Source: an uncultured virus (IMG/VR IMGVR_UViG_3300006793_000020) (Duplodnaviria; Heunggongvirae; Uroviricota; Caudoviricetes). From it: 64,000 bases of DNA. The notes beneath the pieces were generated by a model. That model was not told the origin of the DNA and made no database searches. It was given only the letters and a program-made list of their open reading frames with translations. Of this stretch, positions 49,162 through 58,833 are shown one piece after another. The DNA lies in the IMG/VR virus record IMGVR_UViG_3300006793_000020. The stretch is one strand, 5' to 3'. The number at the start of each line of letters is the position of its first letter. The stretch's first letter is position 1. Made by a program: the position numbers and the translations under genes.

Positions 49162-49465
49162 ATATTTCAACGCATGGAATATTAATGATGTAGAACAACT
49201 AAAGCCATTATTTCACGAAGACATTGAGCTCACTGATTGGGACGTTAGTGTTAAGGGATTTGATCAGGTTATTAAAACCAATGATAACATCTTTAAAGGT
49301 GCACCAGGAATAAGAGCTGAAATACTTGGTATGACAAATAACGAACACACAGTCAGCGCACAGTTACGTATACATATTCCTGAGAAGGAAGAAGCAATTG
49401 ATGTAGTAGATGTTATAACATTTACTAATAACAAAGTAAGTTCTATCAGGGCATACAAGGGCTAA
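49133..49465 (+). CDS. SnoaL/NTF2-like protein
   Basis: YFNAWN...LFHEDIEL...VVDVITF...IRAY; AAGGA before ATG 49133. Confidence 0.8.
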   Translation: MNHLINLAHEYFNAWNINDVEQLKPLFHEDIELTDWDVSVKGFDQVIKTNDNIFKGAPGIRAEILGMTNNEHTVSAQLRIHIPEKEEAIDVVDVITFTNNKVSSIRAYKG

Positions 49466-49466
49466 C

Positions 49467-50687
49467 ATGGACACCAAAACATACTGCATCTTACCGTACA
49501 ATCATTTAAGTATAGACCCAACTGGACAAATTCGTCCATGTTGTAACTATAACTTCCATTCCAAGAACTATCCAGGAAAAGAAGCTGGATGGACATTCAA
49601 AAATATTATGGATTGTGAAGATGGGTTACTTGATGCAGTGCCTCATCGTGAGTTACGCAAAGATATTGAAAGTGGTAAAAAACATGACTTTTGTAATCGT
49701 TGCTGGGTAGTAGAAGATAATGGTGGCTTTAGTTATAGACAAAGTTGGAACCAATGGTTTGACACTGAAGAGCAACACAAGTTACACAATAATATTAATA
49801 TCGAATATCTAGAGCTTACACTAGGAAACAAATGTAATATTCAGTGTAGAATGTGCAATCCTTGGTCAAGCAGTATGTGGGCTGACGATATTACTAAAAA
49901 TCCCGAAGTTAATTTTTGGAGAGCAGATGTATCAAAAATTAACTTTGAATGGTATAACCATCCAAACTTTGACCGTGTATTTGAAGAGATTATTCCAACA
50001 ATAAAACACATTAATATGTTGGGTGGCGAACCACTATTTGTTCCCAAGTATTATGAACTCTTGCAACGTGTTGTTGATAGTGGGCGAGCATCAGAAGTCA
50101 GTTTACAGTTTAACACTAATATGTTAGCAGTACAAAACAAAGTATTTGACTTGTGGAAACACTTCAAAGGACTTAATATAAACATGAGTTGTGACGGTGT
50201 CAATGAAGTAAACGAATATGTTAGATGGCCTGGTAAATGGAGTAAGTGGGAACGCAACTTACAAAAAGTAATTGACTGGTCAAAGCAAATGAAACCAGGA
50301 CAGTGGACACTACAAGTACACAGTACAATGAGTAGTTTAACCTGGCTGGACTTGGCTAATTTATATGAATACACACAAACACTGGATATGGATATTAGCC
50401 TTCCCTATCTTATTCAAGTAAACCAACCTGCACACATGGACGCAATACATTTGCCTGAAGCAATCAAACAAAAAGGTTATGATGCTGCATGTAGCGTATT
50501 AAACAACAGTACAGCACCAGAATGGGAAAAAGCAAACAATCAAGCCTTGCTTGATCATGTTATGCAAAATGAACGTGATCCAGCAATGTGGGATCAATTT
50601 ATTGATGAAACAAATAGACTCGACATTTTGAGAAAACAAAGTATACTGGATGTAATACCTGAGTACGCTGAATACTGGAAAAAATAA
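49467..50687 (+). CDS. Radical SAM protein with N-terminal Twitch-like domain
   Basis: CNIQCRMC, LGGEP; CILPY...PCC...CNRCW. Confidence 0.92.
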   Translation: MDTKTYCILPYNHLSIDPTGQIRPCCNYNFHSKNYPGKEAGWTFKNIMDCEDGLLDAVPHRELRKDIESGKKHDFCNRCWVVEDNGGFSYRQSWNQWFDTEEQHKLHNNINIEYLELTLGNKCNIQCRMCNPWSSSMWADDITKNPEVNFWRADVSKINFEWYNHPNFDRVFEEIIPTIKHINMLGGEPLFVPKYYELLQRVVDSGRASEVSLQFNTNMLAVQNKVFDLWKHFKGLNINMSCDGVNEVNEYVRWPGKWSKWERNLQKVIDWSKQMKPGQWTLQVHSTMSSLTWLDLANLYEYTQTLDMDISLPYLIQVNQPAHMDAIHLPEAIKQKGYDAACSVLNNSTAPEWEKANNQALLDHVMQNERDPAMWDQFIDETNRLDILRKQSILDVIPEYAEYWKK

Positions 50688-51844
50688 TGGCAACACTGCA
50701 CCCTGACTCTATTGCAATACAGTACTTGTTACGACATGATGTTGTAGAGCTTTTTAAACAAAGTCCAAGAAAACAAATACTATTGATAGGCACGCCTTAT
50801 CATGTACCAAGCAAGCAATTTAACGATCATAATATACCATTTAATCAAATTGAGTATTTTGGAAACTTTGATAAAGAGTATGGACACTTGTTACCTGAAA
50901 TACGTTGTGGTGATATAAAAGTAGTATTCATAATGAGCGATGCATGGAACACATGTAACCGACATGAAACTCATTTAACCTATAACGGTAACTTCCTTAC
51001 ACTTGACATATACAATTTGTTATATCGTAAAGTTACTGAACTTGGTATAAAAGAACACAGTGTGTTTAGTACTCCTAGTAGTACAACTGATCTAGAGCAA
51101 CACGATGATTGGCCAGCCATTCCGTTTACTGAACCATTTAATCGATACTTTGATTTTCAAAAGTTTTCTCCGTTTACTCCCAAAAGTGGTAATTTTAAAT
51201 ATCGTTACCTTTGGTTGAACAGACGCAGTCGTGCACATCGTATATATGCATTGCATCAGGCATTTCGTTTAAAAATGATGGATAAAGCAAAATATACCTT
51301 TCACAACTTTAACGAGGTTGAGCTTGGATGGGAACATTTTAAAAGTGAACTTAATGTATTTTTAGAAGATGATGAGATTGATTTAACCTTTCTTAAATAT
51401 CAGACTGATGCAGTAGATCCACAATACCGTGTTAAGAATGATGATCAGGATATTCCAGAGCTAGTACAGCTTGGTATTACATCAGAACAATGTGCACTTG
51501 AAATAGTAAGTGAATTTAATTGCAGCAATAACAAAAGTTTCTTGACAGAGAAAGTGAGCCGTAGTATAGTAATGGGTAACCCTTTTATTATTCTAGGAGA
51601 TGCTAACTCACTAAGTGAGTTACATAGGATGGGATTTAAAACATTTGATAAATGGATTGATGAATCCTATGATAGTATACTAAACGCAAAGGATAGAATG
51701 GATGCTGGACTGTTAGCAGCCAGGGAATTTACTCTAGAGTATTATGATGATGAGTTAAACGATGTACTTGAATACAACTACAATCATTATTTTGGTGGGT
51801 ATAAAAGGCAACAGATTGCTCTCGCACAAGGAATTTTTAAATGA
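50687..51844 (+). CDS. Hypothetical, GT10-like glycosyltransferase motif
   Basis: FLTEK...GNPFIILG...GFKTFDKWIDESYD resembles the fucosyltransferase-type TEK motif. Confidence 0.45.
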   Translation: MATLHPDSIAIQYLLRHDVVELFKQSPRKQILLIGTPYHVPSKQFNDHNIPFNQIEYFGNFDKEYGHLLPEIRCGDIKVVFIMSDAWNTCNRHETHLTYNGNFLTLDIYNLLYRKVTELGIKEHSVFSTPSSTTDLEQHDDWPAIPFTEPFNRYFDFQKFSPFTPKSGNFKYRYLWLNRRSRAHRIYALHQAFRLKMMDKAKYTFHNFNEVELGWEHFKSELNVFLEDDEIDLTFLKYQTDAVDPQYRVKNDDQDIPELVQLGITSEQCALEIVSEFNCSNNKSFLTEKVSRSIVMGNPFIILGDANSLSELHRMGFKTFDKWIDESYDSILNAKDRMDAGLLAAREFTLEYYDDELNDVLEYNYNHYFGGYKRQQIALAQGIFK

Positions 51845-53505
51845 CCGTATATGATGCACAGTATGTTATAGATCATTGGACTGATATGGATATGTGGGAA
51901 GACCGCATATGGGTTAATCATAAGTGGAAGCTATTCTTTGTGCCAATTTGGCGCAATGCCAATACGTCATTTATGTATCAAGCTAAAGAGTGGGGATACT
52001 CGTTAGAAAAACATGATACTTCCACAATGACGGGTTACCGAGGATTTACGTTTATACGACATCCTAAAAATCGGTTTAATGGTCAAATGGAGCGAGCAGT
52101 TGAAAATAATAAAGATACATCAGTGGACTACTGGATTGACACACTGAGACCAAATAGTTTTAATGAGACTGATATGCATTTCACTCGTCAAGAACATTTT
52201 TTATTCAATCATGATATTGAATGGTATATTGATTTAGATAACCTTAAATGGATACACGGAGATCCACATGATGATGTAGTAAATCATATTAACAGTATTA
52301 TTAGTCATTATGGAAGTTCAATAGCAGAAAATAGATCTGACAAGAAATACACTGATCTTAGTCCTGAAGATATACGTGTAGTACAAAAATATTACTACAA
52401 TGATATTGAGCTTTATCATCGTGCTATTGGTAATCATAAGTTTGATGTTGGTATCGTGGGCACAGGTAATATTGGGAGTGCATTAGAAACAATATTACAA
52501 AATAACGGTATAAGAACATGCAGTTATGATACACATAAAATTTCTGACACATATAGCATGGTAGCTGAAGCAGATACTATTTGGATTTGTGTTGACACTC
52601 CCACAAAAAATTGGGGCAATAGTCTTGAAGATGTGCCAAGCGATTATGATTATACTAATTTAAGATCTGCACTTGATTTATTTGCAGTGCCTGATAAGAC
52701 TATTATTATTGGTTGTACAGTTTCTCCCGGCACAATACGTAAACTTAGTAAAGAGTATCCAAATTGTAATTTATACTATTGCCCATTTTTAATAAGTCAG
52801 GGAAATGTACTTGCTGGATTGCGACAACCAGACTGTTGGTTCCTGGGTCATAATCCAGGAAATAGTATGCAATTAAATCAGCTAAAGGAAAAAATTAAAC
52901 GGTTTAGTCCAAGTCCAATTTATTCAGGTACTTGGGAAGAAGCTGAATTGGCAAAAGTAATGTATAACAGTTGGATCATACAAAAAATTAACTTTGCTAA
53001 CTGGGTCTCAGACATTACTGACAGATTGGCGCCTAATACTAATGCAGATCGTATAATGACTTGGCTTAAAAAGTGTGATAACTTAATCACTAGTCCAGCA
53101 TATATGACTCCAGGTTGGGGCGATGGTGGACCTTGTCATCCACGGGATAATTTAATGATGAGTTGGCTAACGCAACAACTTGAATTACCATATGATCCAG
53201 CTATGCATAATCATAATGTAAGATTACAACAAGCAACACTGCTTGCACAAAAGGCAGTAAATACAGGTCTACCAGTAATTATACTGGGCAAAAGCTACAA
53301 GCCTGGTGTAGATAGCACAGCAGGCAGTTATGGATTAATAGTAGCACAACTCATACAACAACTTGGCGGCGAGGTATATTTTGAAGATCATGATGTACCG
53401 GGAGATTACTGTTATATATTAGCACATGCTGATTGGTATGGACATACACCAAGTGAACAAAGTAGGACAATAACTATATGGAAAAACAATTTAGAGAAAC
53501 ATTAG
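51841..53505 (+). CDS. Fusion of sulfotransferase-like domain and UDP-glucose/GDP-mannose dehydrogenase family domain
   Basis: N-half FVPIWRNANTS, FIRHPKNR, HFTRQ; C-half GIVGTGNIG, ICVDTP, EAELAK, GGPCHPRD, GKSYKP. Confidence 0.8.
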   Translation: MTVYDAQYVIDHWTDMDMWEDRIWVNHKWKLFFVPIWRNANTSFMYQAKEWGYSLEKHDTSTMTGYRGFTFIRHPKNRFNGQMERAVENNKDTSVDYWIDTLRPNSFNETDMHFTRQEHFLFNHDIEWYIDLDNLKWIHGDPHDDVVNHINSIISHYGSSIAENRSDKKYTDLSPEDIRVVQKYYYNDIELYHRAIGNHKFDVGIVGTGNIGSALETILQNNGIRTCSYDTHKISDTYSMVAEADTIWICVDTPTKNWGNSLEDVPSDYDYTNLRSALDLFAVPDKTIIIGCTVSPGTIRKLSKEYPNCNLYYCPFLISQGNVLAGLRQPDCWFLGHNPGNSMQLNQLKEKIKRFSPSPIYSGTWEEAELAKVMYNSWIIQKINFANWVSDITDRLAPNTNADRIMTWLKKCDNLITSPAYMTPGWGDGGPCHPRDNLMMSWLTQQLELPYDPAMHNHNVRLQQATLLAQKAVNTGLPVIILGKSYKPGVDSTAGSYGLIVAQLIQQLGGEVYFEDHDVPGDYCYILAHADWYGHTPSEQSRTITIWKNNLEKH

Positions 53506-54155
53506 GTGCTATTGACTGGGGACCAGCATATTATATAAACCCAGTTGGCTATCTATTTGAAAGTACAGATCCAACTATTGGTTGGTGGGATACTGCGACT
53601 AGACACATGCCAGAGCTTGATAAATCAGCTGACATACTTGATGTTGGTACATGGTTTGGCATTATGCCAAGAGTACTAAAAGAGATGGGATATACAAATG
53701 TTGAGTGTACTGAATGTGCGGCACACAATACTGGTGTACGAGATAAGTTAACAGCGTTACATGAACTGTTTGATATTCAACCATATGAACTAGAAGTATT
53801 TCCTGGCAAAGAATTAACTTTACCCAAACAGTATGATTTAATACTGATACTACACACTAACATGCACTGGAAAATACATGACCTTTATTGCTTAACAAGA
53901 ACTCCAGAACAAACTAAATTAACTAAAGAATGGCAAATTGCTAAAGGAGAAGGCACACATACGTTTTTTGTGCCGTGGAATTTATCTGAATGGCAAACAT
54001 TTATTACCAGTATTAAGAAGTATCTAAAACCAGGTGGGCAGTGTATTATACAACCACATCCTTGGCCATACGATGACCAACCAGAAGTTTTAGAATTTTT
54101 GCAACCTTATATACTTGAAAGTAGCATGGAGCAAGCTACTTTGTGTATAAAATAG
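53478..54155 (+). CDS. Class I SAM-dependent methyltransferase
   Basis: ILDVGTWFG, QYDLI, LKPGG. Confidence 0.8.
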   Translation: MEKQFRETLGAIDWGPAYYINPVGYLFESTDPTIGWWDTATRHMPELDKSADILDVGTWFGIMPRVLKEMGYTNVECTECAAHNTGVRDKLTALHELFDIQPYELEVFPGKELTLPKQYDLILILHTNMHWKIHDLYCLTRTPEQTKLTKEWQIAKGEGTHTFFVPWNLSEWQTFITSIKKYLKPGGQCIIQPHPWPYDDQPEVLEFLQPYILESSMEQATLCIK

Positions 54156-54167
54156 AGAGAAGTAAAT

Positions 54168-55361
54168 TTGATTATTAATGAAGCAAAAAAATGTCGTGTA
54201 TGCGATAGTAAAATTATAAGAGTTGCTAACTTTGGTGAGATATATATCAATGACTTCCCAAAACACGCTGGAGAACATAAAGGTCGTGCGCCTATGATAT
54301 TAGATAAATGTGAAAGTTGTGGACTAGTACAATTGAGACATACAGTTGATCCAGATATACTATACGGAGATCATTATTGGTATGAAAGTGCACTTAATCC
54401 AAAACTAAAACAAAATTTGTTAGACATTGCTGAGTATGCAAACGAGCATACTGAACCAGGAGACACTGTACTAGATATTGGAGCAAATGACGGCACGTTA
54501 CTGAGTGGTGTTAAATCAGATCGTATACGTATTGGTTGTGAGCCCGCAAGTAACTTGTGGAGTAAGTGTGCCCGACATTGTGATGTATTATTACCAGACA
54601 TGTGGGACAGTACAAAACTAGACCGCAAGTGTAAGTTTGTAACAGCAATTGGTATGTTTTATGATATGGACGATCCCAATGACTTTATTCGGGGAGTATC
54701 AGATGTACTAAGTGAAGATGGTGTGTTTGTAGCACAGCTAATGACACTCAAGCCTATGTTGGAACAAAGTGATTTGGGCAATGTATGTCACGAGCACTTG
54801 GAATACTATAGTTACAAAAGTTTGGTTAAACTATATGAACAAAATGGTTTACAAATTACTGATATACGTACAAACGATATACAAGGCGGCAGCTACCAAG
54901 TTTGGGCTACCCCATATCACAGCGGTAGCATTGACCATTGGGAAAACACCGACGAATTGTTGGAAGAGTTTTTTGGTAAAGTACAAAATAATGGACGATT
55001 GCTTAAAGCAATGATAAAAGATCGAGTAAAACAAGGTAAAAAAGCATACGTGTACGGGGCAAGTACCAAAGGTAATACTATGTTACAAATCTGGGGATTG
55101 GATAACACATTATTCGCAGGTGCTGCAGAAATACATCCTGACAAGATTGGACGTTATACTGTTGGTAGTAATATTCCTATTGTAAGTGAAGATGATGCAC
55201 TGGCAGATGCTGATATCTTGTTTGCTCCAAACTTTGGATTTCGAGACTTATTTGTTAAAAATTTACAACCTTGGCTCAAAGCTGGAGGACAATTGGTATT
55301 TGCAATGCCGGAAGTAGAGGTAATTAAGTATGAAGAAAATAGTACTAGCGACACCACGTAG
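54168..55361 (+). CDS. NDP-sugar C-methyltransferase-like protein
   Basis: Zn ligands CRVC/CESC-GLVQL, LDIGANDG, HEHLEYYS, YGASTKG. Confidence 0.88.
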   Translation: MIINEAKKCRVCDSKIIRVANFGEIYINDFPKHAGEHKGRAPMILDKCESCGLVQLRHTVDPDILYGDHYWYESALNPKLKQNLLDIAEYANEHTEPGDTVLDIGANDGTLLSGVKSDRIRIGCEPASNLWSKCARHCDVLLPDMWDSTKLDRKCKFVTAIGMFYDMDDPNDFIRGVSDVLSEDGVFVAQLMTLKPMLEQSDLGNVCHEHLEYYSYKSLVKLYEQNGLQITDIRTNDIQGGSYQVWATPYHSGSIDHWENTDELLEEFFGKVQNNGRLLKAMIKDRVKQGKKAYVYGASTKGNTMLQIWGLDNTLFAGAAEIHPDKIGRYTVGSNIPIVSEDDALADADILFAPNFGFRDLFVKNLQPWLKAGGQLVFAMPEVEVIKYEENSTSDTT

Positions 55362-56043
55362 CGGCAGTCATGCTTATTGTGACTTACAGGAAAACAATCT
55401 TAGTGAGTGCATGAATATAGAAGATATGATGTTGCCGAGATTGGCTGATGAAAATATTGACTTTAGTATTTGTGATCAATCATTTTTAGATGCACTTAAT
55501 AATTTAAACTTTAGTACTGCATGGTGTCATCGACCTAAAATTACTCACCAACATTGTATGTACACATTTGATGATAGCATGAACAAGATTAGTATTAATG
55601 AACACCCTACTCTTGACGTAGTTCTTAATGAACATTATAAGCGTTGGCGTGCTATAAAAAATATGGATAGTTGGTGTGTTAAACTAATTAAGTATCAGGG
55701 AACACCACAAAACGTTGTTGATCAAATGCTACATCAGGCTGATGAAGTTGTAATACTAAAAAGACGAGACCGTTTAGCACAAGCACTTAGCATGACTAAA
55801 GCAACACAATCACAGTTGTGGCATGGTAATAATTTAACTGGCGATGCTGGTGATATTGATTATGAAGTATTTAAAAACGCTGTGGTTGATATTGTAGACA
55901 ACGAACAGTGGGTTGACCAATATGATGGCACTGAACTATACTATGAAGATTTAGATTTAACTGGTAGTTCATTTAACAAAAACAATGTTAACTTAAACTA
56001 TGACCCAGTGCGTTGTCAAGAAATAATTGAGGCAGTAGTATGA
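55330..56043 (+). CDS. Sulfotransferase-like (Stf0-type) protein
   Basis: TPRSGS 5'-PSB loop, RRDRLAQALS 3'-PB motif, YEDL. Confidence 0.7.
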   Translation: MKKIVLATPRSGSHAYCDLQENNLSECMNIEDMMLPRLADENIDFSICDQSFLDALNNLNFSTAWCHRPKITHQHCMYTFDDSMNKISINEHPTLDVVLNEHYKRWRAIKNMDSWCVKLIKYQGTPQNVVDQMLHQADEVVILKRRDRLAQALSMTKATQSQLWHGNNLTGDAGDIDYEVFKNAVVDIVDNEQWVDQYDGTELYYEDLDLTGSSFNKNNVNLNYDPVRCQEIIEAVV

Positions 56044-56930
56044 AATATTATATGGCAGGAAACCGTGGATTAGTTGGGCGTAATTATAGTGATTACATTA
56101 ACACACGAATTGGCGGCAACACTGATACTATCGATTACACCAATCGTGGAGATACTATAGCAGATATCAAACGTGAGCTTCCTAGTCATGTAGTAATTAA
56201 TGCAGCAACAGTTGGTGGCTTACAAGAAGATTTAGATAGAAGTTTTGAATTGATGTTGCGTAATCTAAATATACAAAACAATTTGTTTGAAGCATGTGCA
56301 GAAGCTGGCGTTGAACGTGTGTTACTACAAGGCAGTACGTGCAGTTATCCACAACATGGTCCACAGCCATTTATGGAACAACAACTACTGGATGGTAAAC
56401 CTTTTGATGGGTATTTAACAACTGCATTGCCCAAACTGGTAGGAATGTATCAGTGTCGTGCTAGTAATGACAAACGTGGTACAGCATGGCGTACTGCTAT
56501 ATGTACAAACATGTTTGGTCCTGGTGACCGTACTGGAGAACATGCACACGTAGTTGGTGCACTTATGCAAAAGTTTGTAACCGCAGTACGGGAAGATCAC
56601 AGTGAGATAGAAATTTGGGGCAGCGGTAATCAGAGTAGAGACTTACTGTATATTAAAGATGCAGTATGTGCTATGGATTTAACATTAAACAACGATACGT
56701 TTGATACAGTTAACATTGCAAGCGGTGTTGAAACAACTATACGTGAACTAGCTGAAACACTCAAACGCATTAGTGGATTTCGAGGTAAACTATTTTACAA
56801 TACAGACCGTCCAGAAGGTATTAGTAATCGTGCAATTAGTAATGAGCGTTTAAAAGCATTGGGATGGAAGCCACTTTATAGTTTGGAAGATGCACTAGCA
56901 GAAACATATGATTGGTATAATAATTTATGA
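56040..56930 (+). CDS. GDP-L-fucose synthase-like NAD(P)-dependent epimerase
   Basis: AGNRGLVG, AATVGG, GSTCSYP, NMFGPGD, HVVGAL, IWGSG..RDLLY. Confidence 0.85.
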   Translation: MKYYMAGNRGLVGRNYSDYINTRIGGNTDTIDYTNRGDTIADIKRELPSHVVINAATVGGLQEDLDRSFELMLRNLNIQNNLFEACAEAGVERVLLQGSTCSYPQHGPQPFMEQQLLDGKPFDGYLTTALPKLVGMYQCRASNDKRGTAWRTAICTNMFGPGDRTGEHAHVVGALMQKFVTAVREDHSEIEIWGSGNQSRDLLYIKDAVCAMDLTLNNDTFDTVNIASGVETTIRELAETLKRISGFRGKLFYNTDRPEGISNRAISNERLKALGWKPLYSLEDALAETYDWYNNL

Positions 56931-57823
56931 TTTGGTTTTTTGGTACAAGTCATACTGATGGTTTTGCTGATGGTGTGAAACATCAAGACACTGCTAGTTA
57001 CCCAGAGTTAGTTGGTAACCAAACAGGTCAGCCTGTTATTAACTTTGGTACTAGCGGTGCACAAAATTTACAAATATTTGACTTTATAAAGATAGTTGCT
57101 AGTGATAAAACTATACAACGGCCTGATGCTATTATCATTGAACCACGTTTGTTTTATGACCACGTATCGTTTCCTAGATTAACTTTGGAAGGAGATATGA
57201 CACACGAAACAATTACTTGGAGATCAGATAGTGACGCTTATTATTCTGGCTGGTGGAACGACTTCTTAAAAATGTATGCATGTTGGCAAAAAACAACATC
57301 CACAAGAAAACGACAACAACAGCATCATGACCATTTACGTTTTTGGAGTACCAATGATGGTACAGATACAATTTTGCAAAAGCGAACACTGGCAAATAAA
57401 TTAAAATGGGTTGAGCGAGAACCGTTTGACTATACTGAATGGTGTGGTGAATGGTATGACTCAAAGCAACAGTTAGTAACTCAAGTAGAAGAACAATCAC
57501 ACCCTTATGCGTTATTAAAGCTAGAGCAAGAATTAATGTCCATGATATTTGCCGCACAAACAGTAACAGATTGTGTTGGTATATTCTTTTGGGGCAATGA
57601 CATTGATAATAAAAAAGAGATTACTAATAAGTTTAAAGGAATACAAACTTTAAAACCATATAATATACTTGGAGATCAAACTGTACACCAAGTCTTGGCA
57701 AAAAATCATCGTAAACAATACCTCAAGAGTCAAAAAACTTATATTGATGCCCACCTAGGACCAGAAGCACATGATGCATTAGCGCCTTACATAAGCAATT
57801 GGATTAAAAATTGGAAAAAGTAA
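56927..57823 (+). CDS. SGNH/GDSL-like protein
   Basis: FGTSHT block I, NFGTSG block II, C-terminal DAH...H. Confidence 0.6.
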   Translation: MIWFFGTSHTDGFADGVKHQDTASYPELVGNQTGQPVINFGTSGAQNLQIFDFIKIVASDKTIQRPDAIIIEPRLFYDHVSFPRLTLEGDMTHETITWRSDSDAYYSGWWNDFLKMYACWQKTTSTRKRQQQHHDHLRFWSTNDGTDTILQKRTLANKLKWVEREPFDYTEWCGEWYDSKQQLVTQVEEQSHPYALLKLEQELMSMIFAAQTVTDCVGIFFWGNDIDNKKEITNKFKGIQTLKPYNILGDQTVHQVLAKNHRKQYLKSQKTYIDAHLGPEAHDALAPYISNWIKNWKK

Positions 57824-58833
57824 ATTTCCAAACTGACGTTGACCGTTACTGTATTATACTTGTGGGTCGTCCTAGCTTTGTGGGTACAAAATTGTGGGAA
57901 GAAAAGTTTGTAAATCAACTAAAATCATCTGATGCGCCTATAGACGTTATTGCCCTAGTATGGGATCATGACGTATATGGTACTGGTAATAGTAAAACAG
58001 CATGTTCAGGGTTCTTTGATATTAATACTCATGATGACGATGATAGTGCTCTTTGGGATTTAAAAAAATATATAACTGACCAGGTTGTTGACGATAATGG
58101 TAATGGAAAAGTACCGCTTAAAACTCAGTTTACTGACTACATAAAATCACAATTTAGTTTTGCTAGTACGGTTACAGTTTGTACTGTAAGTTATTACGAC
58201 TTGCTTAAACGTTTAAGACAACGACACCCGTATAATAACCATGACCAAGTAGGTTGGCAAGCACAGCATTACCAATTGAGTCAGGCATATCTCGAGCAAC
58301 CAGAATTATTCAATAGTTATACCAACAAGAGTGTAATTTTAAGAACTAGATATGATTTAAATTTGAAAATATTTGAGTTAGCAAAGGTTGCGAATCAAAT
58401 TCAGATATTCCAACATAAGTATGATAAAGAACGACTAGATCCGTATATTAAAAGACCCAACGTGTTGTTACAATATGCGGGTTGGGAACAGCAACATCCT
58501 AGTATACTTGGTAATCAGTTTTGGTCTCACGACACAATGTATGCACTGGACGGACTAGGACTAAAACAATTGTGTACTATGTATGAGGATTGGGTAGCTG
58601 ATGACCTTGATAAACGTTTTTGTGGAAATAGTAACAGACCAACAGCCCATATGCATCTTAGTGAGTTCTTTTTAACCCAAAATTATAATATACACTTTTC
58701 TGATCAACTAGGAAATGTAACACTAAGGATGTGGAAAGAATATCATAATCATGATGATTTTGATGATCACAGGCTAAGATGGTATAATTATACAATAGAA
58801 CAACAACAATCAATATTAGGATTTAAAATATGA
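57811..58833 (+). CDS. Hypothetical, possible glycosyltransferase-like protein
   Basis: LVGRP N-terminal motif and ILRTRYDL; paralog of the ORF at 62875. Confidence 0.5.
   Translation: MEKVNFQTDVDRYCIILVGRPSFVGTKLWEEKFVNQLKSSDAPIDVIALVWDHDVYGTGNSKTACSGFFDINTHDDDDSALWDLKKYITDQVVDDNGNGKVPLKTQFTDYIKSQFSFASTVTVCTVSYYDLLKRLRQRHPYNNHDQVGWQAQHYQLSQAYLEQPELFNSYTNKSVILRTRYDLNLKIFELAKVANQIQIFQHKYDKERLDPYIKRPNVLLQYAGWEQQHPSILGNQFWSHDTMYALDGLGLKQLCTMYEDWVADDLDKRFCGNSNRPTAHMHLSEFFLTQNYNIHFSDQLGNVTLRMWKEYHNHDDFDDHRLRWYNYTIEQQQSILGFKI

Noticed and set aside
38976..50687. Radical SAM genes as QueE, NrdG, MoaA or sulfatase maturases, or a classic RiPP cluster
   Set aside because: Domain layout differs, and no queuosine, nrdD, molybdopterin, sulfatase or short precursor peptide genes are seen in the window.
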